Assembly: GCA_051439505.1 (NCBI GenBank) | Contig: JBFRWI010000151.1 | Span: 19,413 to 83,412 of the forward strand | Length of the DNA: 64,000 bases | Source of the DNA: Hormoscilla sp. | GTDB taxonomy: Bacteria > Cyanobacteriota > Cyanobacteriia > Cyanobacteriales > Desertifilaceae | Direction of reading: 5' to 3' | Shown: positions 50,815 through 61,816 of the stretch, piece after piece | Position numbering within the stretch: position 1 is the stretch's first letter | How the letters are laid out: every line of letters begins with the position of its first letter | Position numbers and translations under genes: made by a program | The notes under the pieces: model-generated | What the model saw: the letters and a program-made list of their open reading frames with translations, nothing else | Databases searched by the model: none | Told to the model about the DNA's origin: nothing

Positions 50815-51357
50815 TTAGCTATCTCGGATGGAAGGAGCATTTGCCAGATAGGCTGCTGCTTTTTGCATCATTTCAATATCTGATGGCGACCAAGAACGAG
50901 CATTTTGGCAGTGATGAGCAGCTAGCAATCCCCACAATCTCCTATCATTGAGAATTGGTACGACTAAGTTAGCGCGGACTTGGATCCCACGCAAGAAATC
51001 CCGGTGGCACTCGGCGATCGCCTCTGTCTCTATGTCGGCGATCGCCCTGAATCTTCCCTCTTCGTACATGGTAGCATATTCTTGATTAAAACAATCATCT
51101 GCTCCTGTAGAGCCATAAATCGATAGTTCTTTAATACCCAAAGACTCGAAGGTTACCTGTCCTTTCCACTGGCGATAAAAGTAATATACTACTACACGAT
51201 CTACCTGTAACCGGTCTCTGAGGTCGTCCGTCGTTTTTTGCACTAAGGCATCTCTGGCCATCGTTTGACTCAGACGGTCAGTTAGAGATCGCAATCCCCG
51301 GTCGAAATTGGGCTGACTTAAAGCCTTGTCAGATATTTGGTTGGAGTTATGGACCAT
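50815..51357 (-). CDS. Stand-alone GAF protein, cyanobacteriochrome-like (DXCF and CH motifs)
   Basis: LQVDRVVVY.F, DDCF, ECHRDFL, VRANLVVPI, LWGLL.AHHC. Confidence 0.85.
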   Translation of the reverse strand: MVHNSNQISDKALSQPNFDRGLRSLTDRLSQTMARDALVQKTTDDLRDRLQVDRVVVYYFYRQWKGQVTFESLGIKELSIYGSTGADDCFNQEYATMYEEGRFRAIADIETEAIAECHRDFLRGIQVRANLVVPILNDRRLWGLLAAHHCQNARSWSPSDIEMMQKAAAYLANAPSIRDS

Positions 51358-51604
51358 GTTCTTCCTCCTGTTCCCAAACGGAAAATACCTTTAATCTACC
51401 ATACGGGGATTCCGAAAGCAAGTATTGAGACTAACATTTTTGCTTCAGGGGCAATTATACTAGAATAAGAAACATCCTGCGGGAAGAACGAAAATATCAA
51501 GAACGGGAAACCAGGCGACAGGGGGCCCGTGCAGATGTTTTGGCCGCGATCGCGGCTGTTTTGCCCGGTTATCACAGCCGAATATTTCTGAGTAAAGCAT
51601 GAAT

Positions 51605-51640
51605 TTGACAAAATTTATCTGCTACTGTATTCTACAGTAG
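51605..51640 (+). promoter_or_regulatory. Sigma70-type promoter with palindrome over the -10
   Basis: TTGACA-N17-TATTCT; CTACTGTA-TTC-TACAGTAG. Confidence 0.6.
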
Positions 51641-51665
51641 TTATCCTGTACTAACTTGATTTAAT

Positions 51666-51860
51666 ATGACAGTCCAATTCAAGGTTCCCTCAATGGTCTG
51701 TGACGGTTGTGCAGAAACCGTGACTAAAGCGATCCAAACGGTTGACCCCGGTGCTAAGGTGAATATAGTTCTGGAAACTAAGGAGGTTAGCGTGGAAAGT
51801 AACGCTTCCCTTGATGCCATCAAAGAGGCGATCGCGGCTAAAGATCATACAGTAGAGTAA
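51666..51860 (+). CDS. Heavy-metal-associated (CopZ/Atx1-like) chaperone
   Basis: 64 aa with MVCDGC metal-binding motif. Confidence 0.9.
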   Translation: MTVQFKVPSMVCDGCAETVTKAIQTVDPGAKVNIVLETKEVSVESNASLDAIKEAIAAKDHTVE

Positions 51861-51922
51861 CATAGGGGCGATCGCCTGGGTAGGACGATCGCCTTCATGA
51901 AACATTGGTGGGCGCGATGTGA

Positions 51923-52338
51923 CAGGGTGAAGCATTGCGGAAGCAAAATGGTTGGTGGGTATCAAACCTTATCGCCGCAATGCTTCACCCCTACAAAAAC
52001 GGCGATCGGGTGGGATGCCAGAAACCGGGTTTCTTTTCAGGATATCGGGGCTAGAATGCAAAAATTGTGGGAAGAAACCCGGTTTCTTTCACTTATAACG
52101 AGGGCAGATCGGGTGTGAGGCCAGAAACCGGGTTTCTTTTCATAATCTCGGCGGGGAGGGAAAAATTGTGGGGAGAAACCCGGTTTCTTTAGCTGCGAAT
52201 TGACGATCGCATGGACGGGGCGATCGCATTTGCGGGACGATCGGGTATGTGAGTTATCCCGTGGAGACCAGAAACCGGGTTTCTTTTCGGTATATCGACA
52301 CCAGAGGCAAAAAATATCGGGAGAAACCCGGTTTCTTT
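51923..52338. repeat. Cluster of palindromic repeats
   Basis: CCAGAAACCGGGTTTCTTT-N-AGAAACCCGGTTTCTT at 52018, 52121, 52268; GGGTGAAGCATTGCGG/CCGCAATGCTTCACCC at 51925-51991. Confidence 0.85.
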
Positions 52339-52358
52339 AATCGAGTGAATTACAGGTA

Positions 52359-54596
52359 TTACCCATTCAGGGTTGCTAAAGTAGCCACTTCCTCGATCCG
52401 ATCGCCTTCTCCCGTCAACAGCAATAGATCTTCTGGTTGGAATTTCATGGCGCTGTCCACAGGATTATGTAGTTTACCATGTCGGCGCACCGCCCGCACT
52501 ACTACATTATAATCAGTCTGTATAGCTGCTGGCTGCATTCCCACCAAAGCAGACTCTGCTGCTAAACTCACCCAATGACTAGATCCCGGACTAATTTGAC
52601 AGCGACCCAGCATCAAATCTTGAAAAGCTGTCAGTTCCTCCGGTTCCCCAACCACCAGGAGTCGATCGGGCGATCGCAAAGTGGTCAGACCTTTGGGATA
52701 GTAACTGAGGTCATCTCCTTGTTGAATTGCCATCACGGTCACCCCGGTCCAGTTGCGGATATCTGCCGTCGTCAATGTACTCCAATCTAAAGGCGATCCT
52801 TTCTCTAAAGTTACCCATTCGCCGTGCAGTTCTGGTGCTGCATCGGTCAAAGCTTGCAATTGCTTCCTCGGGGCGCGATCGGGTCTCACGCTGAGATAAT
52901 GATCTGTGTGAATACCCTTAATTACAGAATGGATGTTGGAGGGATGTTCTCCCAGAGTTGCCAGCATATGCGTGCCCATTTCCAGCGCTGCTTCAAATTC
53001 CGGTTGCACTACTTCCCGCGCCCCCAATTGAATCAGCAGGTCAATTTCATTATTCTGGTGGGAACGGGCGACTACGTCTAGTTCGGGGGCAAATTCTAAG
53101 GCCCGTTTCAGTAACAACCGCGTACTGGTAGGATCCGGGAGGGCGATCGCCAGGGCTTTAGCTTTTTCCAAATGGGCCTTCTCCAATACCAATTCCGAAT
53201 CAGCATCCCCAAAAATATAAGGAATTTGCTGATGTCTCAACCTTTGGATCGCTGCTTCGCTATTCTCAATTATGAGGACTTGATGCCCCCGATTTTGCAG
53301 GATTTTGACAATCACTTGGCCGACTCGTCCGTAACCTGCCACTACTACATGATCGCGCATTTTTTCGGGAATTGATAGGGCTTTAGTGTCCCGAAACCGC
53401 CGCAGGTAATTTGCCAGAAAGGGCAGTTTGGCCAGTTCGTCCGCTATCCGGGGAGACCATCTGATCCACAAGGGTGTTAGCACTAAGGTTATACCTGTCG
53501 TTCCCAATAGCAGCAGATACTTTTCCTCAGTTATGAACCCTTGCTGGAAACCGATAACCGCTAAGACAAAGGAAAATTCCCCGATCTGATTTAGTCCTAA
53601 ACTGACGATCACCGCCGTTTTGAAGGAGTAGCCAAAGTTTAGGACGATCGGCAGAATAATCCCGGATTTTCCTACCATAACAATAGCGACTAGAGCGAGT
53701 ATAGCGCCAAAATTATGGAAAATAAATCCTGGGTCGATCTGTATCCCGATCGAGGCAAAAAACAGACTAACTAAGGTGTCCCGCAGGGGCAATATTTTTG
53801 CTAAAGCTTGGTCGGAATAATCAATTTCTGATATCATTAAGCCAGCGACAAATGCCCCCAGTTCCATAGAAAGACCGATCTTTCCTGTCATCAACGCAAC
53901 TCCCAAACAAAGGACGATCGCGGTCAACAGAAAAAGTTCGCTACTCTCAGTCTGGGCGATGCGTTTAATCAGTCTGCGAACGAGCCACCGGCCAGGGACT
54001 AAAGCAGCAGTCAGGAACAGTACCAATTTCAGCAAAGTACTCAGGATAGCTGCGGTAATATTTGCCGGATCCTGGAAGGCGGGGAGAATAGCTAACATCA
54101 TCGCTAAAGTGAAGTCTTGGGCAATCAAAATTGCCATCATCACTTGACCATGTCGAGTATGGGTTTCTCCCCGTTCCATCAGAGTTTTCAGCACTACAGC
54201 AGTAGAAGAGAGGGAGAGTAGAACTCCCAGAAATATTCCCTGGGTCAGTCCCTCTACCCAACCAATGAGGGGGGCGATGAGGGCCACAAGAGCGATCGTC
54301 AGACCAATTTGCAGTGAACTAGCTTTCAGGAGAATATCCCGAAAGCGTTTGAGTTCCGTGAGAGAGAATTCGACACCGTAGCCGAATAGCAAGAAGATAA
54401 TGCCAATAGCAGCGATGTCTTTAATTTCGCTGGCATTATTTAACAGCTTGAGACCAAAGGGGCCTAAAATTAAACCGCTAGCTAAATAACCTAAAAAGAC
54501 GGGTTGACGCAAGCGGTGGGCCAGGTAGCCTCCCAAAGCAGATGCTCCCAGGACTGTGGTAAGATCTAGAAGAATATTATGTTGTTCTGCCGCCAT
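52359..54596 (-). CDS. CPA2 cation:proton antiporter with TrkA-N and TrkA-C domains (KefB/YbaL-like)
   Basis: LSLSSTAVVLK, GAFVAGL, LNQIGEFSFVL, VAGYGRVGQ, RCK-C tail. Confidence 0.9.
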   Translation of the reverse strand: MAAEQHNILLDLTTVLGASALGGYLAHRLRQPVFLGYLASGLILGPFGLKLLNNASEIKDIAAIGIIFLLFGYGVEFSLTELKRFRDILLKASSLQIGLTIALVALIAPLIGWVEGLTQGIFLGVLLSLSSTAVVLKTLMERGETHTRHGQVMMAILIAQDFTLAMMLAILPAFQDPANITAAILSTLLKLVLFLTAALVPGRWLVRRLIKRIAQTESSELFLLTAIVLCLGVALMTGKIGLSMELGAFVAGLMISEIDYSDQALAKILPLRDTLVSLFFASIGIQIDPGFIFHNFGAILALVAIVMVGKSGIILPIVLNFGYSFKTAVIVSLGLNQIGEFSFVLAVIGFQQGFITEEKYLLLLGTTGITLVLTPLWIRWSPRIADELAKLPFLANYLRRFRDTKALSIPEKMRDHVVVAGYGRVGQVIVKILQNRGHQVLIIENSEAAIQRLRHQQIPYIFGDADSELVLEKAHLEKAKALAIALPDPTSTRLLLKRALEFAPELDVVARSHQNNEIDLLIQLGAREVVQPEFEAALEMGTHMLATLGEHPSNIHSVIKGIHTDHYLSVRPDRAPRKQLQALTDAAPELHGEWVTLEKGSPLDWSTLTTADIRNWTGVTVMAIQQGDDLSYYPKGLTTLRSPDRLLVVGEPEELTAFQDLMLGRCQISPGSSHWVSLAAESALVGMQPAAIQTDYNVVVRAVRRHGKLHNPVDSAMKFQPEDLLLLTGEGDRIEEVATLATLNG

Positions 54597-54773
54597 GTTC
54601 TATTATGCTGGTTTGTTATGCTGGTTATGTCGGTTTAGTTATAATAACGGAAAACCGATCCCCCCTGGGGTTACTGACGAACATTTACAATTATCCGGGT
54701 GTGGTCAAAAGTAGTCGATCGCGCTCGACTCCAGAAGAAACCCGGTTTCGCAGGAGTTACCGGGTTTCTGGCA

Positions 54774-54875
54774 AGACTTCTCGGTTAAACATATAGGTTG
54801 TCATTGCGAGGGGGGGGGTACGTAGCGATAACTTATGGGAAATCTCCTTAACCCCCCCCCGAAGCAATCCCCCCG
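54774..54875. mobile_element. Partial GTCATTGCGAG palindromic element
   Basis: ACTTCTCGGTTAA..GTCATTGCGAGGGGGGGG..CCCCCCGAAGCAATCC, left half only. Confidence 0.7.
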
Positions 54876-54899
54876 CCGTGTATAAGATGAAAATATCTC

Positions 54900-54954
54900 T
54901 TCTTCTTTGTAACCCTATTAGGCAAGTTGAGTTGGTTACAGCTTTGTTGTCCAA
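54900..54954 (-). pseudogene. 5' stub of a DUF3368-type PIN toxin gene
   Basis: MDNKAVTNSTCLIGL overlapping the UPF0175 end; runs into the palindromic element. Confidence 0.55.
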
Positions 54955-55172
54955 CGGTTAACCTCCCTTTCTAAGTCTTCAGCGGGATAGTCGAACACGG
55001 GGATCTCCATTTTACCTAACAACTCCATGAAAGTTGGTCTGGAGTACCCTGCTAACTCTGCCGCTTGCCCGAGGGATAGCTTTCCAGTTTCGTATAGTTT
55101 CCCCATCAGCAGCAACTTCGCTTCCTCCACAGATACATCATAGGGCAATTTTACTATGAGTTCGTTATTCAT
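54936..55172 (-). CDS. UPF0175 family antitoxin-like protein
   Basis: KLYETGKLSLGQAAELAGYSR..FMELL......FDY..EDLE.E. Confidence 0.88.
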   Translation of the reverse strand: MNNELIVKLPYDVSVEEAKLLLMGKLYETGKLSLGQAAELAGYSRPTFMELLGKMEIPVFDYPAEDLEREVNRWTTKL

Positions 55173-55227
55173 GACTACTGAAGTTTACACCTATGGTTCA
55201 TTTTTCGCTAGTTTTATTATTCATATT

Positions 55228-55791
55228 TTAGCGCTTCGGTGCTAGCATTTCGCTCACTGCGATCGCCACTTCCGGAAATGCCAACGGGGAAATAATTGCC
55301 TCATATTTTATAATTACTTGCCTTTTCTAACCCTTATGACTCGGTTCGCGAAAAACGTACAATTGACGATTATTAACATCTAATACCCAGTAATCAGCAA
55401 TTCCCGACTTAGCGGAAACTTTGGCTTTTAATTCCCGATCGCTCCTGATAGTGGTATCCGCGACCTCAATAATCAGATAAACTTCATGAGGAGTCGGATG
55501 GTGGTCTTCATAGTATAATGGATCTGGGATAACTACGGCAATATCTGGTTCTGGTTCCGAATAATCGTCTAACCGCACGGGATCTTGTAGCCGCACCAAT
55601 ACCTGTTCTCCTAAATGCTTTTGTAGTAATATATTTATCCGCGCAACAGCAGCAGAATGTGAGGTTTTTTTGGCTGACTTTTTGATTATCTGTCCTTCAA
55701 TTAATTCTACCTTTTCGTCTGGAGCGATAATTCCCATTTCTCCCAGGCGATGATATTCTTCAACAGTCAAACGACGAATATCTACAAGCAT
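55228..55791 (-). pseudogene. Uma2 family endonuclease with in-frame TAG
   Basis: RRLTVEEYHR, SEPEPDI, LIIEVAD, GIADYWVLDV; TAG at 55327-55329, frame continues ISPLAFPEVAIAVSEML to TAA. Confidence 0.8.
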
Positions 55792-55977
55792 CTTTATCTC
55801 CTGTCTCTTTGGCGGGAAACTATCCGTTAAAGTAAGGTGGGCGCGGTGCCCACCCGACAATTTTAAAAATGATCAAGCCCGCGCAGGCGGGCTTGGTTTT
55901 TGTAGCCCCAGGTTTTAACCTGGGGGTGGTAGCGTATTTCAATCTGGAAGGTGGTGGGCGGTGCCCACCCTACGAGT

Positions 55978-57861
55978 TTACACAGCAGTCAATACTTTAT
56001 CTACAGATTGTACCTGATTGAGGAGATTTTGCAAGTCCTCTCCTTCAATGACCTCTGTTTCTAAGATTTGCTGGGCAATTTTCTCCAACAAATCTCGATT
56101 CCCATTCAGGATATTCAAGGCTTTCTGATGAGCAGTTTCCACAATTTCCTTCACTTCATCATCGATCGCCTTAGCGGTTTCGTCACTGACCATCCGACGG
56201 GGGTTCATCATCCCGCCATCTCCCAGAAAATTATTCTGGGCACCCTTTTCGTAAGCAAGGGGACCTAACACCTTACTCATCCCGTAAGTGGTCACCATTT
56301 GTTCTGCCATATCGGTGGCCCGTTGCAAGTCATTGGAAGCACCCGTGGTAATGCTGCCAAACACGACTTCTTCGGCGGCACGTCCCCCTAGCAATGTGGC
56401 AATTTCACCTCGAATTTCGGCTTCGTCCTTTAAGAAACGATCTTCCGTTGGCAACTGCAACGTGTAACCTAAAGCTGCCATCCCGCGCGGGACGATCGAG
56501 ATTTTTGCCACTCCCGCAGTACCGGACATGGCCGCACCCACCAAGGCGTGACCGACTTCATGATAAGCAACGATCTTTTTCTCCTTTTGATTCAGGACGC
56601 GGCTTTTCTTTTCTAAACCTGCCACTACCCTTTCAATAGCTTCCTTAAAATCTGCTTGGGACACAGTTTCCCGCTTATTCCGGGCTGCTAATAATGCTGC
56701 TTCATTCACCAAATTTGCCAAGTCCGCCCCGGCAAAACCTGGCGTAGTCGTCGCGATCGCCTTCAGGTCTATGTCCGACCCCAACTTCACCTTCCCGGCA
56801 TAAATTTCCAAGATTTTCCAGCGTCCCGACAAGTCCGGACGATCGACCAACACCTGGCGATCGAACCGTCCGGGACGTAACAGGGCCGCGTCTAGACTTT
56901 CCGGGCGGTTAGTAGCAGCAAGCACAATGACAGTGGCATCCCCGACAGCAAAACCATCCATTTCTGTCAGCAACTGATTGAGGGTTTGTTCTCGTTCGTC
57001 ATTGCCGCCGTAGAAACCACCCGTAGCCCGGGACTTCCCGATCGCATCAAGTTCGTCAATGAAAATAATACATGGCGCTTTCTTCTTCGCCTGATCGAAA
57101 AGGTCGCGCACCCGGGCCGCCCCGGTACCCACAAACAGTTCGACAAACTCCGAACCAGAGATACTGAAAAAGGGCACTCCCGCTTCACCTGCTACAGCTT
57201 TCGCCATCAGCGTCTTACCCGTACCGGGAGGGCCGACCAGCAGCACACCCTTGGGGATACGGGCCCCAATAGCAGTAAACCGCTGGGGAGATTTCAGGAA
57301 TTCGACAATTTCCTCTAATTCCGTCTTAGCTTCTTCCACCCCGGCCACATCATTAAAAGTGACTTTGTTCTCATCGTCTTGGACATAGACTTTCGCCTTA
57401 CTCTTGCTGATCGAAAGAGCACCTTGGGGGCCGCCGCCACCAGCGCCGCGACTGAGGAAAAACTGCCAGATGCCGATAAAGATTAATGGCGGAATTACCC
57501 AGCTGAGGAGAGTAGTAAACCAGCGATTCTTTGGTGGTGGCGTCGCAGCGAACTCCACTCCGTTTTCCTCTAGCCGTTGAGGTAATTCCACATCGAAGAT
57601 CGGCGTGGTAGACAGCACTTGTCCTGGTTGGTTGCCGTCACTTTTGAGCTGGTAGCGGATCTCGTTTTGGCCCAAGGACACTGCTGCTACATTCCCATCT
57701 TGCACCTGGTCAATGAAAAAGCTATAGGGAACGCGAGGAATTTGCGGACCTAACAATTGTGGCAAAAACAGATTTGCCAGTAAGAAGGCACCTGCCAGAA
57801 AGAACAGGATATTGGCGATCTGGCGCGATCGGGGCGGTTGAGGATTGTCTTTTACACTCAT
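55978..57861 (-). CDS. ftsH4: ATP-dependent zinc metalloprotease FtsH, FtsH4 clade
   Basis: [34 protein letters not shown]; start MSVKDNPQ. Confidence 0.92.
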   Translation of the reverse strand: MSVKDNPQPPRSRQIANILFFLAGAFLLANLFLPQLLGPQIPRVPYSFFIDQVQDGNVAAVSLGQNEIRYQLKSDGNQPGQVLSTTPIFDVELPQRLEENGVEFAATPPPKNRWFTTLLSWVIPPLIFIGIWQFFLSRGAGGGGPQGALSISKSKAKVYVQDDENKVTFNDVAGVEEAKTELEEIVEFLKSPQRFTAIGARIPKGVLLVGPPGTGKTLMAKAVAGEAGVPFFSISGSEFVELFVGTGAARVRDLFDQAKKKAPCIIFIDELDAIGKSRATGGFYGGNDEREQTLNQLLTEMDGFAVGDATVIVLAATNRPESLDAALLRPGRFDRQVLVDRPDLSGRWKILEIYAGKVKLGSDIDLKAIATTTPGFAGADLANLVNEAALLAARNKRETVSQADFKEAIERVVAGLEKKSRVLNQKEKKIVAYHEVGHALVGAAMSGTAGVAKISIVPRGMAALGYTLQLPTEDRFLKDEAEIRGEIATLLGGRAAEEVVFGSITTGASNDLQRATDMAEQMVTTYGMSKVLGPLAYEKGAQNNFLGDGGMMNPRRMVSDETAKAIDDEVKEIVETAHQKALNILNGNRDLLEKIAQQILETEVIEGEDLQNLLNQVQSVDKVLTAV

Positions 57862-57978
57862 TATTTTTGCTGATTTTGAAACATATCCGTAGGGTGGGCC
57901 ATGTCCACCTGAGTAAATTGTAATCCACCAAGCCACCTCGGCAGTAGGGGAGGAAACCGATCTGGAGTAGAGAGATAC

Positions 57979-58067
57979 CCCGTTTGTAGTAAGCGCTTTA
58001 GCGCTTTCCCGTTTGTAGTAAGCGCTTTAGCGCTTTCCCGTTTGTAGTAAGCGCTTTAGCGCTTACT
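57979..58067. repeat. Three tandem 29-bp GTAG-REP units
   Basis: CCCGTTTGTAGTAAGCGCTTTAGCGCTTT x3. Confidence 0.9.
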
Positions 58068-58084
58068 GGTGGGCGGTGCCCACC

Positions 58085-59953
58085 CTAGGAGTTACGCACT
58101 TTGTCTACAGGGTACACTTGGTTTAACAGATTTTCCAGTTCCTCCCCTTCGATGACTTCGGTTTCGAGGATGCGCCCGGCGATCGCCTCCAACAAATCCC
58201 GATTATGATTGAGGATAGCCAGGGCTTGCTGATAGCCAGCTTCCACGATCTCCTTCACTTCATCATCGATCGCTTGAGCCGTCTGGGAACTCACAGCCCG
58301 CCTCCCATTACTACCATTATTCCCCAGGAAGTTGTTCCCCTGACGTTTCTCATAAGAGATAGGTCCTAACACTTTACTCATGCCGTAGAGGGTCACCATT
58401 CGTTCTGCTATATCCGTCGCCCGCTGCAAGTCATTAGCGGCACCACTCGTGATGCTACCAAAGACAATTTCTTCTGCTACCCGTCCCCCCAGCAGAGTTG
58501 TGATTTCTCCCCGGTATTCCGACTCGTCCATTACGAAACGGTCTTCCGTTGGCAATTCCAATACGTAACCTAAAGCTGACATCCCGCGCGGGACGATCGA
58601 TATTTTCGATACTTTGCTACTTCCCGGCATCAAAGCACCCACGATCGCGTGACCTACTTCGTGGTAGGCAACAACCTTTTTGTCTTTTTCATTCAGAACC
58701 CGGCTTTTCTTCTCTAAACCAGCTACCACCCGTTCGATCGCTTCCTTCAGGTCTTCCTGGGCTACAGCTTCCCGTTGATTGCGGGCTGCCAATAATGCCG
58801 CTTCATTTACCAGATTAGCTAAATCTGCACCTGCAAAGCCGGGAGTCTGAGTGGCGATCGCCTTCAGGTTTACGTCCGGTCCTAACTTCACCTTTTGCGC
58901 ATATATTTCCAAGATTTTCAAGCGTCCCGATAGGTCAGGACGGTCTACCAACACTTGGCGATCGAACCTTCCCGGGCGCAACAGTGCCGCATCTAGACTT
59001 TCCGGGCGGTTAGTCGCAGCTAGTACAATTACCGTCCCATCCCCAGCACTAAAACCATCCATTTCTGTCAATAATTGGTTCAGGGTTTGTTCCCGTTCGT
59101 CGTTACTGCCACTTTGGAAACCACCATTGCTGCGGGACTTCCCGATCGCATCTAGTTCGTCGATAAAAATAATGCAGGGAGCCTTCTTTTTCGCCTGTTC
59201 AAATAAGTCGCGCACGCGGGCCGCCCCCGTCCCGACAAACAGTTCCACGAACTCCGAGGCCGAGATACTAAAAAACGGCACTCCTGCTTCTCCCGCCACC
59301 GCTTTAGAAAGGAGAGTTTTCCCCGTACCCGGCGGTCCCACTAGCAGGACCCCTTTCGGGATCCGGGCCCCAATTTCCTTAAACCGCTGGGGTGTTTTCA
59401 GGAATTCCACGATTTCTTGCAATTCCGTTTTCGCTTCTTCCACCCCTGCCACATCAGCAAAGGTAATTTTGTCCGACTCTCCCTCTACATATATCTTCGC
59501 CCTACTCTTGCTAAAGGAGAGGGTACCTTTCCCACCCCCAGGATGGAGGAAAAACCTAAATGCTGCTACCAAGATCAGGGGCGGTATTACCCAGTTAATC
59601 AGCAAACCAAACCAGTTATTCTTAGGAGGCGGTGCCGCACGGAACGTAATCCCCTTTCTCTCTAGGCGTTTGGGCAAGTCTGGATCGGGAATGGGAGTAG
59701 TAGCCCGAATTTCTACCTGGTTGCCCTCTCTTTTCAAAGCATAGCGGATTTGGCTTCTACCCCAAAGCACCTCTACCACTTCTCCCCTATCCACCTGGGC
59801 CAGAAACTCGCTGTAAGCTCTCAGAGGCTGTTTGGGACGCCGCAACTCGGGCAAAATCCAGTAATTTACCACCACTGCTATCCCTGCTATTCCTAGCAGC
59901 AGGATGCCTATTTCCTGCGATCGGGGTAATTTTGGCTTCTTTTTGATTCCCAT
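58085..59953 (-). CDS. ftsH: FtsH, second FtsH4-like paralogue
   Basis: Walker A/B, SRH (LRPGRFDRQ), HEVGH; highly similar to the neighbour. Confidence 0.92.
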   Translation of the reverse strand: MGIKKKPKLPRSQEIGILLLGIAGIAVVVNYWILPELRRPKQPLRAYSEFLAQVDRGEVVEVLWGRSQIRYALKREGNQVEIRATTPIPDPDLPKRLERKGITFRAAPPPKNNWFGLLINWVIPPLILVAAFRFFLHPGGGKGTLSFSKSRAKIYVEGESDKITFADVAGVEEAKTELQEIVEFLKTPQRFKEIGARIPKGVLLVGPPGTGKTLLSKAVAGEAGVPFFSISASEFVELFVGTGAARVRDLFEQAKKKAPCIIFIDELDAIGKSRSNGGFQSGSNDEREQTLNQLLTEMDGFSAGDGTVIVLAATNRPESLDAALLRPGRFDRQVLVDRPDLSGRLKILEIYAQKVKLGPDVNLKAIATQTPGFAGADLANLVNEAALLAARNQREAVAQEDLKEAIERVVAGLEKKSRVLNEKDKKVVAYHEVGHAIVGALMPGSSKVSKISIVPRGMSALGYVLELPTEDRFVMDESEYRGEITTLLGGRVAEEIVFGSITSGAANDLQRATDIAERMVTLYGMSKVLGPISYEKRQGNNFLGNNGSNGRRAVSSQTAQAIDDEVKEIVEAGYQQALAILNHNRDLLEAIAGRILETEVIEGEELENLLNQVYPVDKVRNS

Positions 59954-59972
59954 ACTTTCTCCACATTAGATG

Positions 59973-60022
59973 GGAGGACTAAAGTCCTCACTACGAACTA
60001 CGAACTACGAACTACGAACTAC
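59973..60022. repeat. GTAG-REP plus (ACTACGA)n heptamers
   Basis: GAGGACTAAAGTCCTCACTAC followed by GAACTAC x4. Confidence 0.8.
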
Positions 60023-60934
60023 TTAGTCTCCTCCGGGCATCGAGAGCAACTGCCACTCTCCTGCTACTTTACCAAAGACTGCCCGATTTTCTAAGGGGCC
60101 ATATACGTAACGATTGTAGACGTAACCTTTTTCTTCATTGGGTAGAATCACTGGAGTCCAACCGTAGATCGGGTCAACCTCTTGGCCTTTTTCCACCTGT
60201 TCTTGCCATTGTTTTTCCGCCGTCTCCCGGTCAAGCTTGACTACTTCGTTGGAAAGGTTGCTGATCACTTCGCTGTTTAAGGATGGTTGCGATCGCACGT
60301 TAACGTTTCTACCGACAACGATCGCATGATTCAATTCCCAGTCCAGTCCCGAGGCGGATGAGGGTGCTGGATACTGACGATAAAATTCTTTGGTAACATT
60401 AGAACAAATCCACACTGTCGTCCCCCGGTCTACCGGAGGATAGTTATCGCTAGCTTCGGCAGCGCAACTGTTCGCGATCGCCTTTTCCAGCAAGGACCAG
60501 AAGCGTCCATCAGGGTTTTCCAGGCCCAGTTCGTCGATCCCGATCGGTCTACTGAACCCCAAGGATATGCCCTCTGCTGGTAAAATCGAACGGATAAAGA
60601 AGGCATTTCGTTCTGTTACAGCTTGCCGCAGTTCTTGACGAAAACTATCAAACTCGCTACCCGGTTCCACTTCATCATCCAGGTCAATTGGTTTCCGTCC
60701 CAATTCCAGCTTTTCGGACTTGGGTGTAGCTGGTTCTTCCGCGAAAGCTTCAGGTACAGGTTCTGGTCTTGACTCAGTCGGTCTCCTAATGCTGACAGCA
60801 GGTTCTCTGGTCGGAGGATCTTTGTGCAGTATAGTTGCCAGGGTTGCCCCCCCTAATGCTGAGGCCAACATCCCCCCGGCAATCACCAAGTAAAATTCTT
60901 TCTTGATTTCCTTTAGCCACTTATATTCTATCAT
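60023..60934 (-). CDS. Hypothetical exported protein with SH3b-like domain
   Basis: N-terminal TM, VNVRSQPSLNSEVI..L, W..V.....KGYV. Confidence 0.75.
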   Translation of the reverse strand: MIEYKWLKEIKKEFYLVIAGGMLASALGGATLATILHKDPPTREPAVSIRRPTESRPEPVPEAFAEEPATPKSEKLELGRKPIDLDDEVEPGSEFDSFRQELRQAVTERNAFFIRSILPAEGISLGFSRPIGIDELGLENPDGRFWSLLEKAIANSCAAEASDNYPPVDRGTTVWICSNVTKEFYRQYPAPSSASGLDWELNHAIVVGRNVNVRSQPSLNSEVISNLSNEVVKLDRETAEKQWQEQVEKGQEVDPIYGWTPVILPNEEKGYVYNRYVYGPLENRAVFGKVAGEWQLLSMPGGD

Positions 60935-61183
60935 TTTCTCTGACTCTTGCTAACTGTTGATGTTGTTAATGCTTTAGCGCTAGTCGGCATCGGACAATGG
61001 GTGTGTCTCCTATATCTAGGATATCCAGAATTTAATCAGCCATCGACAAACGCGCTATTTTTTCCATATGGTTTGAATGGCTAGCTAGAGATTTGGTTCC
61101 TTGGCTATAGTAATTATCTTAACTGCCAAATATTAAATTATAACATTTTCAGCAATAGTTTGACTAGCTAGTTTTGTTAGCAA

Positions 61184-61201
61184 AATGTAAAGGATTGTAA
61201 C
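61184..61201 (-). promoter_or_regulatory. HLR1 (RpaB-binding) consensus site upstream of the pilin gene
   Basis: Reverse strand GTTACAAT-CC-TTTACATT fits (G/T)TTACA(T/A)(T/A)-N2-(G/T)TTACA(T/A)(T/A). Confidence 0.55.
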
Positions 61202-61277
61202 AAAAATCCTTCTGTGGTAACAAAAGGCGGGGTTTTGCCTGATTAAAAGATATAACTCTGCCCCACCTCAAGGAGAA

Positions 61278-61802
61278 ATGGTTATGAAGACTGAATTTAA
61301 GACCAAGTTCCTGCAACAGCTAATTCAGAAGCGCCAAAACCAGGGCTTCACCCTCATTGAACTGCTGGTGGTGATTATCATCATCGGCATTCTCTCTGCC
61401 ATAGCCTTGCCCACCTACCTCAGTCAGGCTAACAAGGCCAAAGAGTCGGAAGCGAAAATTTATCTTTCAGCAACCATGAAGGCCCAGCAACCCTTCTACA
61501 TACAGGAAAATCGCTTCAGCAGCGAACTCAATCAGTTGAGTGTTAGTATCTCCACCTCAACGGAAAACTACGATTACGGCATTATGACTACCGAGCCTGA
61601 GACTCAGGCCACCCATTATGCCCAAGCCAGAAGTGGGCTAAAGTCCTATCTGATGGGCGCCATGGCGATCGCCGACCCAGACACCGAAGAAATACATATG
61701 CCTAGCATTTCATGCAAAAGTGAAGAGGCTGAGGCCGACGAAGCAGAAGTGGTATACTCTCCAACCGGTCCTACTTGTCCCGATGGATATGAGAATAGTT
61801 AA
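61278..61802 (+). CDS. pilA: Type IV pilin, PilA-like
   Basis: QG|FTLIELLVVIIIIGILSAIALP, C-terminal Cys pair; AAGGAG RBS. Confidence 0.9.
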   Translation: MVMKTEFKTKFLQQLIQKRQNQGFTLIELLVVIIIIGILSAIALPTYLSQANKAKESEAKIYLSATMKAQQPFYIQENRFSSELNQLSVSISTSTENYDYGIMTTEPETQATHYAQARSGLKSYLMGAMAIADPDTEEIHMPSISCKSEEAEADEAEVVYSPTGPTCPDGYENS

Positions 61803-61816
61803 CTCTTTTCTCGCCC

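Noticed and set aside
57979..58067. 29-bp repeats as a mini-CRISPR
   Set aside because: No spacers; a GTAG-REP palindrome amplified in tandem
58851..59744. 297-aa plus-strand ORF
   Set aside because: Antisense shadow of ftsH; no recognisable motifs
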